Shown here one piece after another: positions 1 through 13,800 of a DNA stretch of 64,000 bases. Source of the stretch: Gnetum montanum (taxonomy: Eukaryota > Plantae > Gnetophyta); the NCBI GenBank assembly GCA_015680685.1, contig MNCI01002612.1:183132-247131 (forward strand), in the 5' to 3' direction. Under the pieces are notes generated by a model. The model did not search any database. It was not told where the DNA came from and was given only the letters and a program-made list of their open reading frames with translations. The number at the start of each line of letters is the position of its first letter. Position 1 is the first letter of the stretch. The position numbers and the translations under genes were made by a program.

Positions 1-439
1 TCACAGCGTGCAACAGTGTGCTCAAAGTTTTGGGATGAACTAGATGTATTTGGGAACTGTAACCGGGTAGGAGAGGGAACAAGAGTGTTGGGGAAATGGA
101 GAATGTATTGGGAATTGGAAATGTACTTTTGAACAGATTGATTAACCTGGTTGTGTGCATCAAAAACAATGTGGCACCTTGTCACTGTGATGAAGTGTAT
201 CTGTGTACGAGCACCACTAGGTATCATCCTACAAACACAACTCCGAGAAGATAGTAAAACCACAAGTGAATGAGTTAGCGAACACGTTAGACATGAATGT
301 GGTCGATGTAGATGGAGGCATCCTGTGAATCTTAAGGCAAACAAAATGAGCAGCAATAGTGTTATTAGAGCCAGTGTGATGGATGATGTAGTAGGCATTT
401 ATGAAGAAATGTCATGAATTATAGCAACCGATGAATGTG

Positions 440-720
440 CTGGAGATGATCTCACTAGTTTATAGCCTTAGCAGACTATCGTGGGTTAGTTTTACGTCAT
501 AACCCATTGGACGTTGCTAGTTAAACGTCATAGCGGATGGTACGATGCTAGTTGATAGTTGTGGTAGACTATGAAGAGGCAAGCTATTTTATTGTCTTAG
601 CGGACTCTGGTGAATGAGTGTGATAATTTAGTTTCATGTCGAACAGAGCTCTGTGGTGTTGGTTTACCATCATGATGCCAGGACGTTCTATGGTATTAAT
701 TTACTGTCATGATGCTAGGA
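440..720. repeat. Degenerate ~30-bp tandem repeats in the 3' UTR of element A
   Basis: Recurring minus-strand motif (T)GACGTAAAACTA(G/A)C, the same motif as in C at 38190-38700. Confidence 0.65.
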
Positions 721-2621
721 CGAACACACACCTGCGATGTTTAGACATGAAATGGCTTAAGGTATAGATGGTTCGTTGGATGAGCAAGCATATTACTATT
801 TATATCAGCTAGCTTGAACGCTCCATTATCGTATGCTTTGTTGACCAAGTAAGGCCCTTCCCAGTTGGCTAAGAATTTTTCTGAATGTTCGCAGACCACC
901 TTAAGTACAAGGTCACCTTCTTTGATTAGGCATTTGTGAATGTCGTGTTGATGGCGTCATCATTGTTGCTTCTAATACCACTCAATTTGGTCAAGGGCTC
1001 GTGTGCATTCTTCTTCCACCAAGTCGAGGTCAACAATGTGCAAGGTATTGTTTTGACCCTCGTCAAGGAGTCCAGAGAGTGTGATCCTTAGGGATGGTAC
1101 CTGCAACTCCAGAGGTAAAACAGCTTCTGATCCATAAACAAGATTATATGGCATTTTACCTGTGGACGTCTAATGCGTAGTCCGATAGGCCCATAACATG
1201 TATACTAGCTGCTCGTGCCATCTTTTCTTGCTCTAAGTAAGCATCTTCTTGAGCACTGAGATGACAATCTTGTTCATGGCTTCTGCTTGTCCATTGCTCT
1301 GAGGGTAGTAGGGTGATGAAAATGAGTATTTAATACCTAGGCTCTCACAGAACGTTTTTTTTTCGACATTGCTGAATTGTGAGCCGTTGTCAGTGATGAT
1401 AGTCATCGGGATGCCAAAATGAGTAATAATGTTTTCAAGGATAAAGTTGCATACTTGTTTCGATGTGGTCTTCTTAAGAGCGATAGCTTCTACCCATTTT
1501 GTAAAGTATTCAGTCGTGGTTATGATAAAGCTATGTCCTGCAGAAGATGGAGGAGTTATTGGTCCTATGATGTCTAACCCCCATTTCTGGAAAGGCCATG
1601 TGATTTGAGTCGTATGCAATTCATTAGGTGGAACATGTATAAGATTACCATGCTTTTGACACATATTACNGACGAACACACACCTGCGATGTTTAGACAT
1701 GAAATGGCTTAAGGTATAGATGGTTCGTTGGATGAGCAAGCATATTACTATTTATATCAGCTAGCTTGAACGCTCCATTATCGTATGCTTTGTTGACCAA
1801 GTAAGGCCCTTCCCAGTTGGCTAAGAATTTTTCTGAATGTTCGCAGACCACCTTAAGTACAAGGTCACCTTCTTTGATTAGGCATTTGTGAATGTCGTGT
1901 TGATGGCGTCATCATTGTTGCTTCTAATACCACTCAATTTGGTCAAGGGCTCGTGTGCATTCTTCTTCCACCAAGTCGAGGTCAACAATGTGCAAGGTAT
2001 TGTTTTGACCCTCGTCAAGGAGTCCAGAGAGTGTGATCCTTAGGGATGGTACCTGCAACTCCAGAGGTAAAACAGCTTCTGATCCATAAACAAGATTATA
2101 TGGCATTTTACCTGTGGACGTCTAATGCGTAGTCCGATAGGCCCATAACATGTATACTAGCTGCTCGTGCCATCTTTTCTTGCTCTAAGTAAGCATCTTC
2201 TTGAGCACTGAGATGACAATCTTGTTCATGGCTTCTGCTTGTCCATTGCTCTGAGGGTAGTAGGGTGATGAAAATGAGTATTTAATACCTAGGCTCTCAC
2301 AGAACGTTTTTTTTTCGACATTGCTGAATTGTGAGCCGTTGTCAGTGATGATAGTCATCGGGATGCCAAAATGAGTAATAATGTTTTCAAGGATAAAGTT
2401 GCATACTTGTTTCGATGTGGTCTTCTTAAGAGCGATAGCTTCTACCCATTTTGTAAAGTATTCAGTCGTGGTTATGATAAAGCTATGTCCTGCAGAAGAT
2501 GGAGGAGTTATTGGTCCTATGATGTCTAACCCCCATTTCTGGAAAGGCCATGTGATTTGAGTCGTATGCAATTCATTAGGTGGAACATGTATAAGATTAC
2601 CATGCTTTTGACACATATTAC
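719..2621. repeat. 951-bp direct duplication (719-1669 / 1671-2621) joined by a single N; probable assembly artefact
   Basis: The copies look identical (ORFs 972-1154 and 1924-2106 are the same) although the element is otherwise heavily decayed. An N at 1670 sits at the junction. Confidence 0.9.
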
Positions 2622-5165
2622 ACCTCTTGACCTTGGAGAAATAGTCATACTCCATGTGTGGCCAATAGTACCCTAAACATCTTATTTTGGTTGCCATTGG
2701 TTTGGGCGCTATGTGCCCTCTGCATAGTCCTTCATGAACTTGTTCCACGACAGTTTGGCCATTGGTACTACTAACACATGTTAACAAGATGCCTTAGTAG
2801 GATCTATGACATAGTGTATATCCTACTAGTGTATATTGTCTAGAACATTTTTGTACTGTGTCCTTCTGAGCATTCGTCAGATGTTGAGGTGGTTTGCCAT
2901 GTAGAAGGTACTCTTTGATATCATTGTACCATTCTACGACGTGTGTTGTACTAATGGAGGCTATGGGAAGTTCATTGGGAGCGTCAGTTATGGGCTTGTC
3001 ACAGCTTGTGATGGAACTAGGCAATGCATGAAACATGTCTAGTGAGATGTTTAGAGCTAACGTGGCTAGTGCATCTATGATGGTATTGTCGTTTCGAGAA
3101 ACATGTTGCAGTTCTAAATTTATAAACTGTTTCATCAAGTGTTTCATCAGGTCACAGTAGGATTGTAGATGAGATGCTTTGCATGTGTAAACGTCTTTGA
3201 CTTGGTTTATGATTCACTGTGAGTCACCCCTAACTACAAGACATGTGATGTTTGCTTGTGTTGCCATGAGGCCTCTGAAGAGACCTTCATACTTTTCTAC
3301 ATTATTGGTACAAGGAAAGTTGAATCAATAAGCAAAGGGTTGGATCTCCCCAGAGGGATATGTGATAACGATGGCAGCACTTCCCCTTGGGGAGGTGGAT
3401 GCTCCATCGAAGTTTAATATTGCATCATAGTTATCAGGCAGTATGTCAATTGTGCTTACATTTTCATATGGAAACTCTAGATCAATCGTTGCTTGATCCC
3501 GTGTTGGTGATACAGTCATCCAATTTACTATAGCTTGACCTTTAATGTATGATTGGGCTATGTAGCACAGGTCAAACTTAGCAATCATTGCTTTCCATTG
3601 GGCTATCTTATTTGATTCATATATGTTGTTTGTGATAGCTCTGAACACATTGTCCTTACAGATTATGTTGACTTGGTTACAAAAGAGATAATGTCACCAC
3701 TTCTTTAAAGAAAAGATAAGGGCAAGGCATAATCTTTCCATGTCATTGTAACGTTGTTCATGGGCTACTAATGCATGGCTCAAGTAGTAAATAGGAACCT
3801 TGGTCCCATCATCCCATTTCTAGCAAAGCATAGATGTGATTGATGAATTCAATGTGGCAAGGTAGCTGTAGAATGGTTTATTATTCTGAGGTGGATAAAC
3901 TGTCGGTAATTGAGTCAGTGCCATTTTGATATTATCAAAAGGTTCCTGGCATTATGGGGTCCATTGAAAGTGCACACTCTTGCATAGCAAATGGTTCATG
4001 GGTTTCAATTTATCGATCAGTTTTTCTATAAAGCACCTAATGAACTGTAATCTACCTTGTAGGCCTCGAAGTTCTGTAAGGTTTCTTGGCGGTTGCAAGC
4101 TTGTGATAGCCTTCACCTTATCGGGGTCTACCTGAATCCCTGCTTCTAAAACTATGAATCCTAGCATTTTTCCTGATTTGACCCTAAAGACACACTTCTT
4201 TGGGTTCAGTCTAAGCTCATATCTTAGACAACGCTTAAGTACCAAGTCTAAGTCTTGTATGTGCTACTCTTGTGTCTTTGATTTAACCGCTATATCGTCT
4301 ACCTAATCGTTGAGCGAGTGAAGGATATAATCACTAAAGATGAAGGTCATCACTCGTTGATATGTAGCACCATCATTCTTTAAACCAAAGGGCATCATTG
4401 TATAATAAAATTTCCCCCATGGTGTCATGAAGGTTGTCCTAAGTTGATGTTAGGGATAATCTGGATCTGATTATATCTCGAGAAGCCATCCATAAAAGAT
4501 AATAGTGCATGCCCAGCAGTTGAGTCAACCAGTTGATCAATACTAGGTAGAGGAAAGTCGTCTTTTATGGTTGCTAAGTTGAGATCCCAAAAGTCAATGC
4601 ATAGGTGAATGCTCCCATTATTCTTTGGGACAATAACCATGTTGGATACCCAGTCAACGTAGTTAACAGCCTGAATGAAACTAGCTTGATAAAGTTTGGT
4701 GATCTCATCGCAAACTGCCAACGCTACCTCAGGCTTAACCTTATGTGCTTTTTGTTTCACTAGTCTTAACTTTGGGTCATGTATGATGTTGTGCTAGACT
4801 ATTCGAGGGTCTAGCCCAGGCATGTCAGTGTAAGACCAAGTGAATGCCTTGATGTTGCTTTTTAGCACTTGTGCTATGTCATTAGAAAGTTGTGGGTCTA
4901 GTAAAGTGCTTAGTTTTAGTATCTTAACTTTGCCATTTGGCATAGTGATGGGAGTTTCAATTAATGGATCCTCAATGATGTTATTGGCTTCAATATCCAG
5001 TGATTTCATCATGCTCTGAAAGCATTCTATCGTTTCCTCAGTTGATGCCATAGAGTTTTTATAAGTCGATGTGCCTAAATCAATGGACTTTTTGATCATC
5101 TCCCATTGGATGGATCCGTGTGGTCGATTGATGAACAGTGGTGCGAATAGTTTCTTGCTATCCAT
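1693..5165 (-). pseudogene. pol: Element A pol (RT-RNaseH-archaeal-type RNaseH-integrase), with stops and frameshifts
   Basis: RT: LCIDFWDLN...KDDFPLPSIDQLVD...SFMDGFSRYNQI and LNPKKCVF. aRH: LNFDGAS and HVSRNDNTIIDALA. INT: HEGLCRGH...GYYWP, WGLDIIGP, TDNGSQF, PQSNGQAEA, WEGPY. Confidence 0.92.
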
Positions 5166-5714
5166 GCTTGCTCTTACCAAGCCATAGGAAGCAACATTAA
5201 CAAAGGGGAGGTTTGCTTATTGTTTTATGACACTGATTCAAATATTTAAATATGTGCAAAGTATGCTAAAGTTGGTTTATCATCTCACCTGGTCGCATGG
5301 CAGTTTAAGGCCATACCTGGCCAATCGTGGCAGTTTAGGGCCTTACCGGGCCATACCTATTCCTTTATGATTTCTATGATTGTACAATTTATAATCCTTA
5401 TTGGGTGTGAGACTACAAGATGAGGAGTAAGCACCGAGGTGTTTAGTTTAGACAACAAGAATCACCATGAGAGGGAAGGTCTTATGTGAGTAATGTTTAG
5501 TCTAATGCATATTCATATACCCTTTTTCTCTATTCTTGGTCTGTTTATATTTATATGTTTTTTAGCTAACGTTGTGTTCATCTTAATTTAATTTAGAATA
5601 AAATACCCAAAGTGCCGATTTTCTACGGGGGTGAGTGGGTGTGAACAACGAGGGCATGAAGATAAAATTAACTTAAAATTGGATAAGTTACTTTTGTCAC
5701 TGAAGTAGGCGTAA

Positions 5715-6180
5715 ACCCAAAGTCCAGTGTGAACCCAAGTTTCAGTGTGAACCTAAGTTTTAGCATGAACCTAAGCTTCAGCATGAACCTAAGCCTCAGT
5801 GTGAAACAGTGGGAGATTTAGTGCGACGAGGAGGTGAGGATCTAGTCATAGGGGGTAGGGAAAGATGTAGATCCGGTGAGAAGGAGATGGCAAAGGTGGC
5901 ATAGATCATGGTGTGAAATGTCAAGTGAAAACGTTCAGCATGCACATCCTGGAGAAACCCTCAGCACATAGGGATCTAAAACTCTAGCATGAAGGTAGCG
6001 TGGAGGTTTCAGCATGAAGCCTTGGCGTGCAGGGGCAAACCCCAGCGTGAAGATGGTGTGGAGGTTTTAGTGTGAAGCCTTGACATGTGGAGGCAAACCC
6101 CAGCATGAACGCCAAACAGAAACCCCAGCGTGAACACCAGAAAGAAACCCCAACATGAATGCCCTTGCTCTAGCGTAAAG
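5715..6180. repeat. Short tandem repeats in the A spacer between pol and the antisense gene (19-bp units at 5715-5805, then degenerate CAGCGTGAA units)
   Basis: gtgaacccaagtttcagt gtgaacctaagttttagc atgaacctaagcttcagc atgaacctaagcctcagt; repeated aaaccccagc(g/a)tgaa. Confidence 0.8.
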
Positions 6181-6202
6181 GTCTTGAGCGCAGTGCGACG
6201 GG

Positions 6203-9200
6203 ATGGGCAAGGGAAAATGGGTGAGAGACCAAGGAAGGAAGGAGCCTGACTTAACCTTTGCTGAGGAGAGTGAAGTGATGCTCTAGTGCCTACCCAAGCC
6301 CATGATCCCATCATGGTCTGGATCAATGCACTGGTAGACCCTGGTTCTCTATCTAAATTTGTGTTTTTGTTTGCTGTTTTCATAAATTTGTGTTTGATTT
6401 TTCTTATTTCGATGCATAGAATTTGTGCGAGGCCTAGCCTATTTCTTTGATGTAGATATTAGTGTCGATATTAGTGTGTAGGCTAGCATCAACCCTTATC
6501 TCCCTTGTTCGACATATGGCCAATTTTATGTCTAGCATGCAATTTAGTGACATGTTCAGCGTGCAGGGTTTGCATGCTTACATTCCCAACGTGTAGGGTC
6601 TACACGCTGAGCATGAACAATGAAAAATTTTCCAAGTGTTGGCGCCAGCGTAAAACCTATTTTTTTGTATAGCTTATTCATCCTGGTTCTTGAATGTGTG
6701 CAGAGGTCTTAAACCTTTCCTCTTAGTTGTGGAGCTTGTTGGAGTTTTGGCATGGTTTGGGATTATTAATTCTGATGGGTCGGTACCTGATATGACCATC
6801 GATCGAGATGGGGTATGGTTTAGGACGAGTGCCAACGAGTTCCTTTGCTTCATCTTGCAAGGATTCAGTGTGATAATATGGTCTCACCTAAGTGAAAAAT
6901 TAGCATGGAGTGTCCTTGAGACTATGTTACCGGGATCCTCAAATGACGTAGTGGCCTTCGTGATCAACATCGATGAGGGATTGTTTATGGTTGGGGATGG
7001 TCCCTCTGGAGGGTCGAGATCCACCCATCCATTGACACGTGTATGGGACTTATTATCATGCAGCACTCACAACGTCAATAGCACCTTATTCCTAGCCTCT
7101 CGTACGCACACACTATTCTAGAATCCTCTTGGAATGGTGTATAGGGTAGAAAGGTAAGGTTTTTTAATTCATCATTTCTGCTTTGATGCTAAGTGATTCA
7201 TATTTTGACTGTGATTTCTTTGCAGGCCTCAATTTGATAAAGAAGGAGTATGCATAGGTGATGATGGACTCGCATTAGCTCATACCGCCTTAGAGGCTTT
7301 CATGGTAGGTCCCACTCTTTGGGGTGCTATGTTAGCCCAAACCAAGGGTGAAATTGTTCATTTTCACAAGAAGTATTCCAAGGCTTTTGCATGATGTGAG
7401 GCTCGGGGGTGGCTACATGGGGATTGGTCCCATAATGGGCTAGTTTTCCCATGCGATGCTAATTTAGCTTCTAATGATCTTAATCCATTGGCCAATGGTA
7501 AGTATTAGTGTTTTGGCACCTCACATTTGTTTTTTTTTTGCTACCTCATTGGTTGTATTGACTCCATAGTTTTACCCTGCACGTACAGATGTCACCCCTG
7601 GTGGAGTCACCATAACAACTAGCCAGACTGAGGGCACTTTGTCCATGAAATTCAGGGATATCGATGATGCACAATGGTGGTTTCATGACGAGGCACCACT
7701 GCATATTATCAATTGCTTAAGTGATGCTAGCCTCATGGAGTTGTTTACTGCTTTAAGTCCTAACGTCTCCGTGATCGAGATGATTGCGATCATTGATTCT
7801 TTCAACGAAGCTATTACTTACTATAGCACTCGTGTCAAGCGAATTAAAGTAGCTTTCCATCTTTCAGCGGAGTTCTTTTTAGACCTCTTTGGTGTACCAG
7901 AAAATGGGGCTAGAGTGACTTTGGATAGAGCACAAAAAGAGGTCCATGTTGTTCGTGAGCTGGAGGATTGGCTGGGTATACTTAAGGGTGGTAAGGGATT
8001 CCCCATGCAGGGAAGATTGAAAGTAACTGAAGTAAATGAGCTGTATCTACTGTTCAAAGCACGAGTGTTTCCTAAATCCTTATCCTAAGTGAAGAATTTT
8101 GGAGTAGAATCTATGTGTATCATGCGCACGATTCTGGAGACTAGGGTGCATTATAATTGGGCTCAATTTTTACTTTCAGGTTTCCACAGAGAGGTAGTGA
8201 GATTGCGTTCAAACATTGAGGCACAGTCCCATTTTACCTTTGCATTCTTCATTGGTTACCTACGTCGACTAGCTAAATTTCTAGTAGTTCGTGTGGGTAA
8301 CGAGTACATGGTAAGGGATCGTGGACAACTATCTCGCTCATTGATTCGCCACTTGTTTGAAGTGACTAAATCTCAAGATGCTCTCGAAGGGATTGATGAA
8401 TCGATATCTATTACAAAGGGGGGATCATCTGATCATTCAATCCACACACGTGACAGCGTAGGGTTTGAGCCAGGTGGTGTGCCCTATACTGCTAGGAGAG
8501 CAGCTCGAGTAATCAAGGAGACAATCAGGAAGGCAAAATCTAAAGTTCAAAGACCTCAGCGCTCCAGAGAGGTTGCTCCAGTGGTAGATGAACCAAAGGT
8601 GAAACGCATACAGTTTAAAGTATTTGTGTGTGGTAAGTGAGCTTGATTCATTCATTCATTTATCCTTGTTTCATTATTATTATTATTATTATTTTTTGTT
8701 TTTGGGCATTTATGTCAAACCGATGTTGATCCTATGAATTTCATTAGAGCCCACTCCTGAAGTAAGAAGAGAGGGGTTAGCACCGATCGTAGAGGAGGAA
8801 GAGGTCCCCACCAACCAAGGTGAGGAGGACGAAGTGGGTAATGATGAGATGGAAGTCCCTGTTCCTCTGAGGGAAGAAACGAAAGAATGAGTAGAAGATA
8901 CCACAAAAAAAGATCACGTTGGTGATCAAGATGAACTTGACGAGATGTTTGATGATTTCTTCAAAGGAAGGTTAAACCTTGGCAATCCTCTGAGTTTGGA
9001 AGAAGAAAGGGATTTTAGTATTTTTTTCTTATTATGCTTATTTTATTTTTGTACTATTTCATCTCCATTATTTAGAATTTTGATGTTACTTTTTTACTGC
9101 TACAAGGCGTAGATGTTGGAACCAGAACAACTCCTAACGTTCGTTCGGAAATACCTACGATGAAGACTCCAATGGAAACAACCACCAAAGTTGGTCCATC

Positions 9201-10379
9201 TTCTATAAATGAACCATTTACTTGGATTGAAATGCCAAGTAAAATGGATTTTATCCTTGGTATTGTTGATGAGGTAGTTGATCACATCCAACAAGCTCAT
9301 CTTGAAATAGGTAGATATGCTTTAAGCATTTTGAGTCTTTCTGTTTTCGCATTTGTTTCTGTTGTCCCATGTCTAATGTATATTCTCCTTATATTGATAG
9401 GTGCTAAACTAAAGTGGGACCCATCCGAGGTGACCCGTATTGATAATCTTCCTACACTACCATCAAAAATTCAGGAAGTGCCAAGACCGATTTATGATGA
9501 GGTGGTAGAATGTGTGGTGCAAAATGCCAAGTCTCTTTGGACCTACAGGCATTTTATCGAAAAGCTATGGTTGCTAATTCAGGCAGGGGAAAAAGAGATT
9601 ACCAAACTATCAGCAAAACGGGATGACTTTAAGTCACGCTATGAGTTTGCCTCTGCTAGGTTGACGGGTGATCATTCTTGGTGAACCTCTGAGGTTACTT
9701 ATACTAGATATTGGAATCTATTGAATCACCAAGTAACTATGACTCGGGAGCTAGTAAAGTGAAAGGCACAAATTGATTTGCTAAATCTCAAGTGTGAAGA
9801 TTGGAAAACTTTCACTTCTAAGGTGCAGAAATGGGGCCAAGATGAAAAGAATCATAAGTACCATTATAAAAAATCATTAAAGGAGATATCCATAGAGAAG
9901 TGTCAACTGGAGATGTTTGTAGAGGGTTTAGGCCTATAGTCTTCATTTGATGCCTTTGCTAGGCACATCGTGGTAGAGATGGAATCTCCTAAGAGAGTAA
10001 TCACTACGACTTCTGAGGAGATTTTTGTAGGTGAGTTTCCTCTTAAAAATCATACTTGGTCTACTGTGGAAAAAGGAAAGGCATTAGCAAATATTGATCG
10101 AGGCCTTGACGGAACAGACTAGGCAAGTGTCCCTGAAGAAGAAATCCTTCATCGGCTAGAGTTTGATCTAAGAGGATCCTCTTTGGTAAGTCATTTAAAC
10201 TTGTAACTCTTTATTTATTTCTTAGTAGAAAATGTTACCCCTTTTTGTTTTTAGTTAATTATTTTCTTTTATTTTTACAAAGTCATGACGATGGTGGTGA
10301 TGAAGGTGGCCCTAGTGGTGGGGGAACTCATGATGCGGGGGAGTTTGAGGGGAAAGCCCCTCCTGATCCTGATGTTTAG
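6203..10379 (+). pseudogene. ORF-X of element A: antisense multi-exon accessory gene (FCP1/NIF-like + PMD/Transposase_32-like + coiled coil)
   Basis: Predicted exons 6203-6333, 6704-7153, 7226-7497, 7589-8632, ~8720-9010, ~9108-9310, 9401-10185 and ~10283-10379. Most have GT..AG borders around AT-rich introns; exon 5 borders are degenerate. Peptides align colinearly with C 34267-30219 (IWSHLS, GWLH..W, DLFG.P..G, HF.FAFFI..LRR.AKFLVV, VEKGK). Confidence 0.8.
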
Positions 10380-10599
10380 TTTTCAAATTTGACATTGTTA
10401 TATGTCTCTATGGATTGTAAATAAGAATTTTTTTTACTTGTTTTGTTGTTTAAGTGTAAACTTAAAAATATAGTGCAAATGTAACCTAGATGATAACTGT
10501 GCCAAGGAAAACATAAAGGAAAGCGTAACTTGTACTGGAAAAACATAATCATAGCATGTAAACTAGGAATTTAAGCTTTTGAGACAAACAAAAGTAAAC

Positions 10600-10857
10600 T
10601 TGCTCTAGTTTAAGGCCATTTCGGGCCATATGTATGTGGGTGTCAATTTAAAGTCATGATGGACTGCAACGTGATTGTTCTAGTTTAAGGCCATTTCAAC
10701 CGCAAATAAATAGGAGGGATATCGGCTAATATGATGGGTTTTGATGTAAACCGGCCATTTCTAACCATGGCTAGTTTTATGTCATTGCAGACATGCAATA
10801 GTTTAATGTCATTCCAAACATGCGTAGTTTAACGTCATTACGGACTGGCGTAGTTTG
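10600..10857. repeat. Degenerate GGCC(T)TAAACTAG repeats just downstream of the A gag-PR stop
   Basis: The plus strand shows repeated (c)tagttt(a/t)a(g/t/c)g(c/t)catt; same position and motif as C 29660-30020. Confidence 0.65.
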
Positions 10858-13800
10858 TTAATTGTTTAATATCTTTTTGATTATTTTCATTTTTATGTTA
10901 AGAGTGGATTTGATGGGTACGATCCGATACTCGGCATCTCCTTCGCTAATTACATTGAATGGTAGCTCTGCCCAGGAGACTTCTGGCAAAGTAGGCTCTA
11001 AGTCAGTATCCTTGGATGTTTCTAGGTTAGGTGGCATTTCCTTGGTTTCTGAGGGATCATGATTTATGGATTGGTCATCACTTTGGATTTCGTTTGCTTC
11101 TTTCAGTATGGGCCTTTCGAAAATTCTGTCAAGTTTATGCTCATGTGGAGTGTACTTTTGTGCAGGCTCCTCAAATTTAACTTCGGAGCCTTGATTTTCC
11201 TCCATGTGAGATGAGATGGTGGATGTAGCAGCATCCCCATGGATAATGATTTCACCCCCCTCATAGGATAAGTGAATCTCTGATGAATGGGGGAAGACAC
11301 TGCTTTTAACTGGGCCAACCAGGGTTGTCCCACGATTAGGTTAAAACTAGACATCTCATCAATAACCACGAAGTCTGCGAATGTGGGGAATCGATCCCCT
11401 ACTATAAAATCCAAGGTCAATGTACCTTTAACCACTACTCGTGACCCATTAAATGACTTCATGCATGTTGTAGATTTCAGTTTAATTAATTCTGTAAGCC
11501 CTAACTGTTCAATGACGGGTTAAGGCACTACGTTTTTGGCTACTTTGTCATCTATGTGTACTTGATGTATTTTGAATTGATTAACTCGTATGGTTATAAA
11601 CATGGGTGCGTGGGTGACGTCTCTAGTTTTCTCATCAATATTAATGTTTTTGAGATAAAAGTCTAATGATTTAGATGTCAATCCTTGTCATGTTGACATT
11701 ACTGCGTGTATAGAGGGTTCATTTGTGGGTAAATTTTCACTAACTGGGATCGATGCTAACATTTGTACTAAGGCCTCACGATGAACTGGTGAAGTCAATA
11801 TGAGGTTGTACAAGCTTAAAGATGTGTTCTTTTGTTTAAGGGCTTGCATAACCTGTGTTAGGGTGTTAGCTAAGTCTTTACCATTGGGTATATTCTTGTC
11901 CATGGCCACTTGATCCATTGGACCTAACAGTCATATCTCATGTGGGGTACCTTTCGTGTTATTTTTCATGACTGTTGGGTCGGATATGTGTTGCATTCTT
12001 GATTTTTCCTCTTTATAACTCATGCTTGGCTCATTGTCAGAAGGAGCCATAGGTATTGCACTTAATGGAGTTGGTTTTGGGGGCCCCAGTGCAAGGCGTT
12101 GACATTACTTCGCCAAACGTTCCTTCGCCAAATGTTCCTTCTCCAAACATTCCCTGGTGAGCTTATTTGCCAAGCGTTCTCATGTGGGTTGTGTGGGAAC
12201 ATTTGGGGTCAGAGTATGGGGTTGTTTCGAGACTTGAATAATGAATGGGGTGGGACGGGATTGTGTCAGAGGTGTATCAAGCTGCCTAGGCACCTTGACC
12301 ACAAATGGGGTTGGGCAATTTGTAATTGGTACCTCTGTCGTGGAAACTGCCGGTGGTAGTTAGACCATGAAGGGAGTGGGCTGATTTGATGGTGTCACAC
12401 TAGCAGTTGTATCAGCAGAGGGAACATGAACAAAAAATGGTTTGGTTTGGGGTGGTACCTATGCTATTGCCACCGCGGGAGGTACTCAGATGACCAACGG
12501 TTTTTGCAGGGCAGAAGGATCATGTGGAGAATATGAAGGTTGAGGTGATGTTAGTGCAATAGGGGGAACATGAACTACGAAGGGGTTCTTTGGTGTTTCA
12601 TAGTCATTATTTGTGTAGATGGTGTTAATTATGTATGGTGCTTCTTTAGTGTTTAGGGGATCTTTATATATGCCCATGGACTGGTTTTGTGGTTTGACTG
12701 GGTTGGCCTCATCAAAAGTGATCTCACCTCCATCAATCATTCATTGAATGTCTTATTTCAAGGTGAAATAATAGTCAGTGCCATGCCCATTACATTGGTG
12801 GTACTCACAAAACTGGTCTAGTCTAAAGCCTCTTGGAATTGGGGGCTCATCCGATGTTGCCAAGCTTGGGTTCTCGACCAATTCATAGAATCAATCATGT
12901 CTTTGAATTGTTGCGAGGGAAAATTGTTTATGTTTCATTAGTCCAACCTTCAAGAGTTGGTCAAATAATTGTGAAGGTTCCATGGGAAATGGTGTGTATT
13001 GAGAGGGGTCTCTCCTCTCAAAGTTTCTCGCATGACCCGATGTAGCATTTTGTGATGTGGACGGTCCGGGTGTAGCAATGGGAGTAGGTCTAGTATAGCT
13101 AGTAGGGGCAGTAGGTGGTTTACCTTGTTGTCTTGTACTTGTTTGCTGAGTTTCTGAAACTGCTGCTACAGTTGCCTTAGACCTTTCTTTATCTTTCTTA
13201 TTATGCTAACTTTTAAAGGCTAAATAAGCAAGGTTATGGCTATTTTGGATTGCCTCTTATGTGTTCTTTATTTGCACGAAAGCTTGGCTTAGAGTGCATG
13301 TGTTTAAATAATACAATTTAGATTTCATGAAATCATTTACAGCTTCCTTTAGGATGGTGAGTAAGTATGTTTTGGGGATTGGTTCATGAAGTTCATTTAG
13401 TGCAAATAAATTTTTGTACAGGTTCAAGCAGTGCTTGTTTGACCTATATCAAACTATCCAAGGTTGCTTCAGGTTTTAGGTTGTATTTAAACCTAGTAAC
13501 GAACTAGTGTAAGAGATCCTCCAAAGAGGATATGGAGTTACGAGGTAAGGCTTGATACTAGTCTAATGCTTTGCCAATGAGGGACATGGCAAAAACATGT
13601 AAGATTGCATGGGGCCACGCCTGAAGTAATAAACATTCTAGTCTAAACGTGACCAAATGGGCATTGGGGTTTCCTTCCCCATTGTATTTGATTAGTTGAG
13701 GCAAAGAAACTCCTTTGGGTAGGGTCAATGGTGGTACCGAAGAGCTAATAGGATCTTCTTGGTAAAAGTCTAACACTTTAAGCTCTTCATTGTTGGCCGT

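Noticed and set aside
719-2621. Tandem duplication of the integrase C-terminus in A as a biological event
   Set aside because: The copies look identical in an otherwise old element and are joined by a single N, which is typical of unmerged overlapping contig ends.
6203-10379. ORF-X as a host gene or a separate nested element
   Set aside because: A homologue with the same exon structure sits at the same position inside C, between C's LTRs and TSD, and the insert has no termini of its own.
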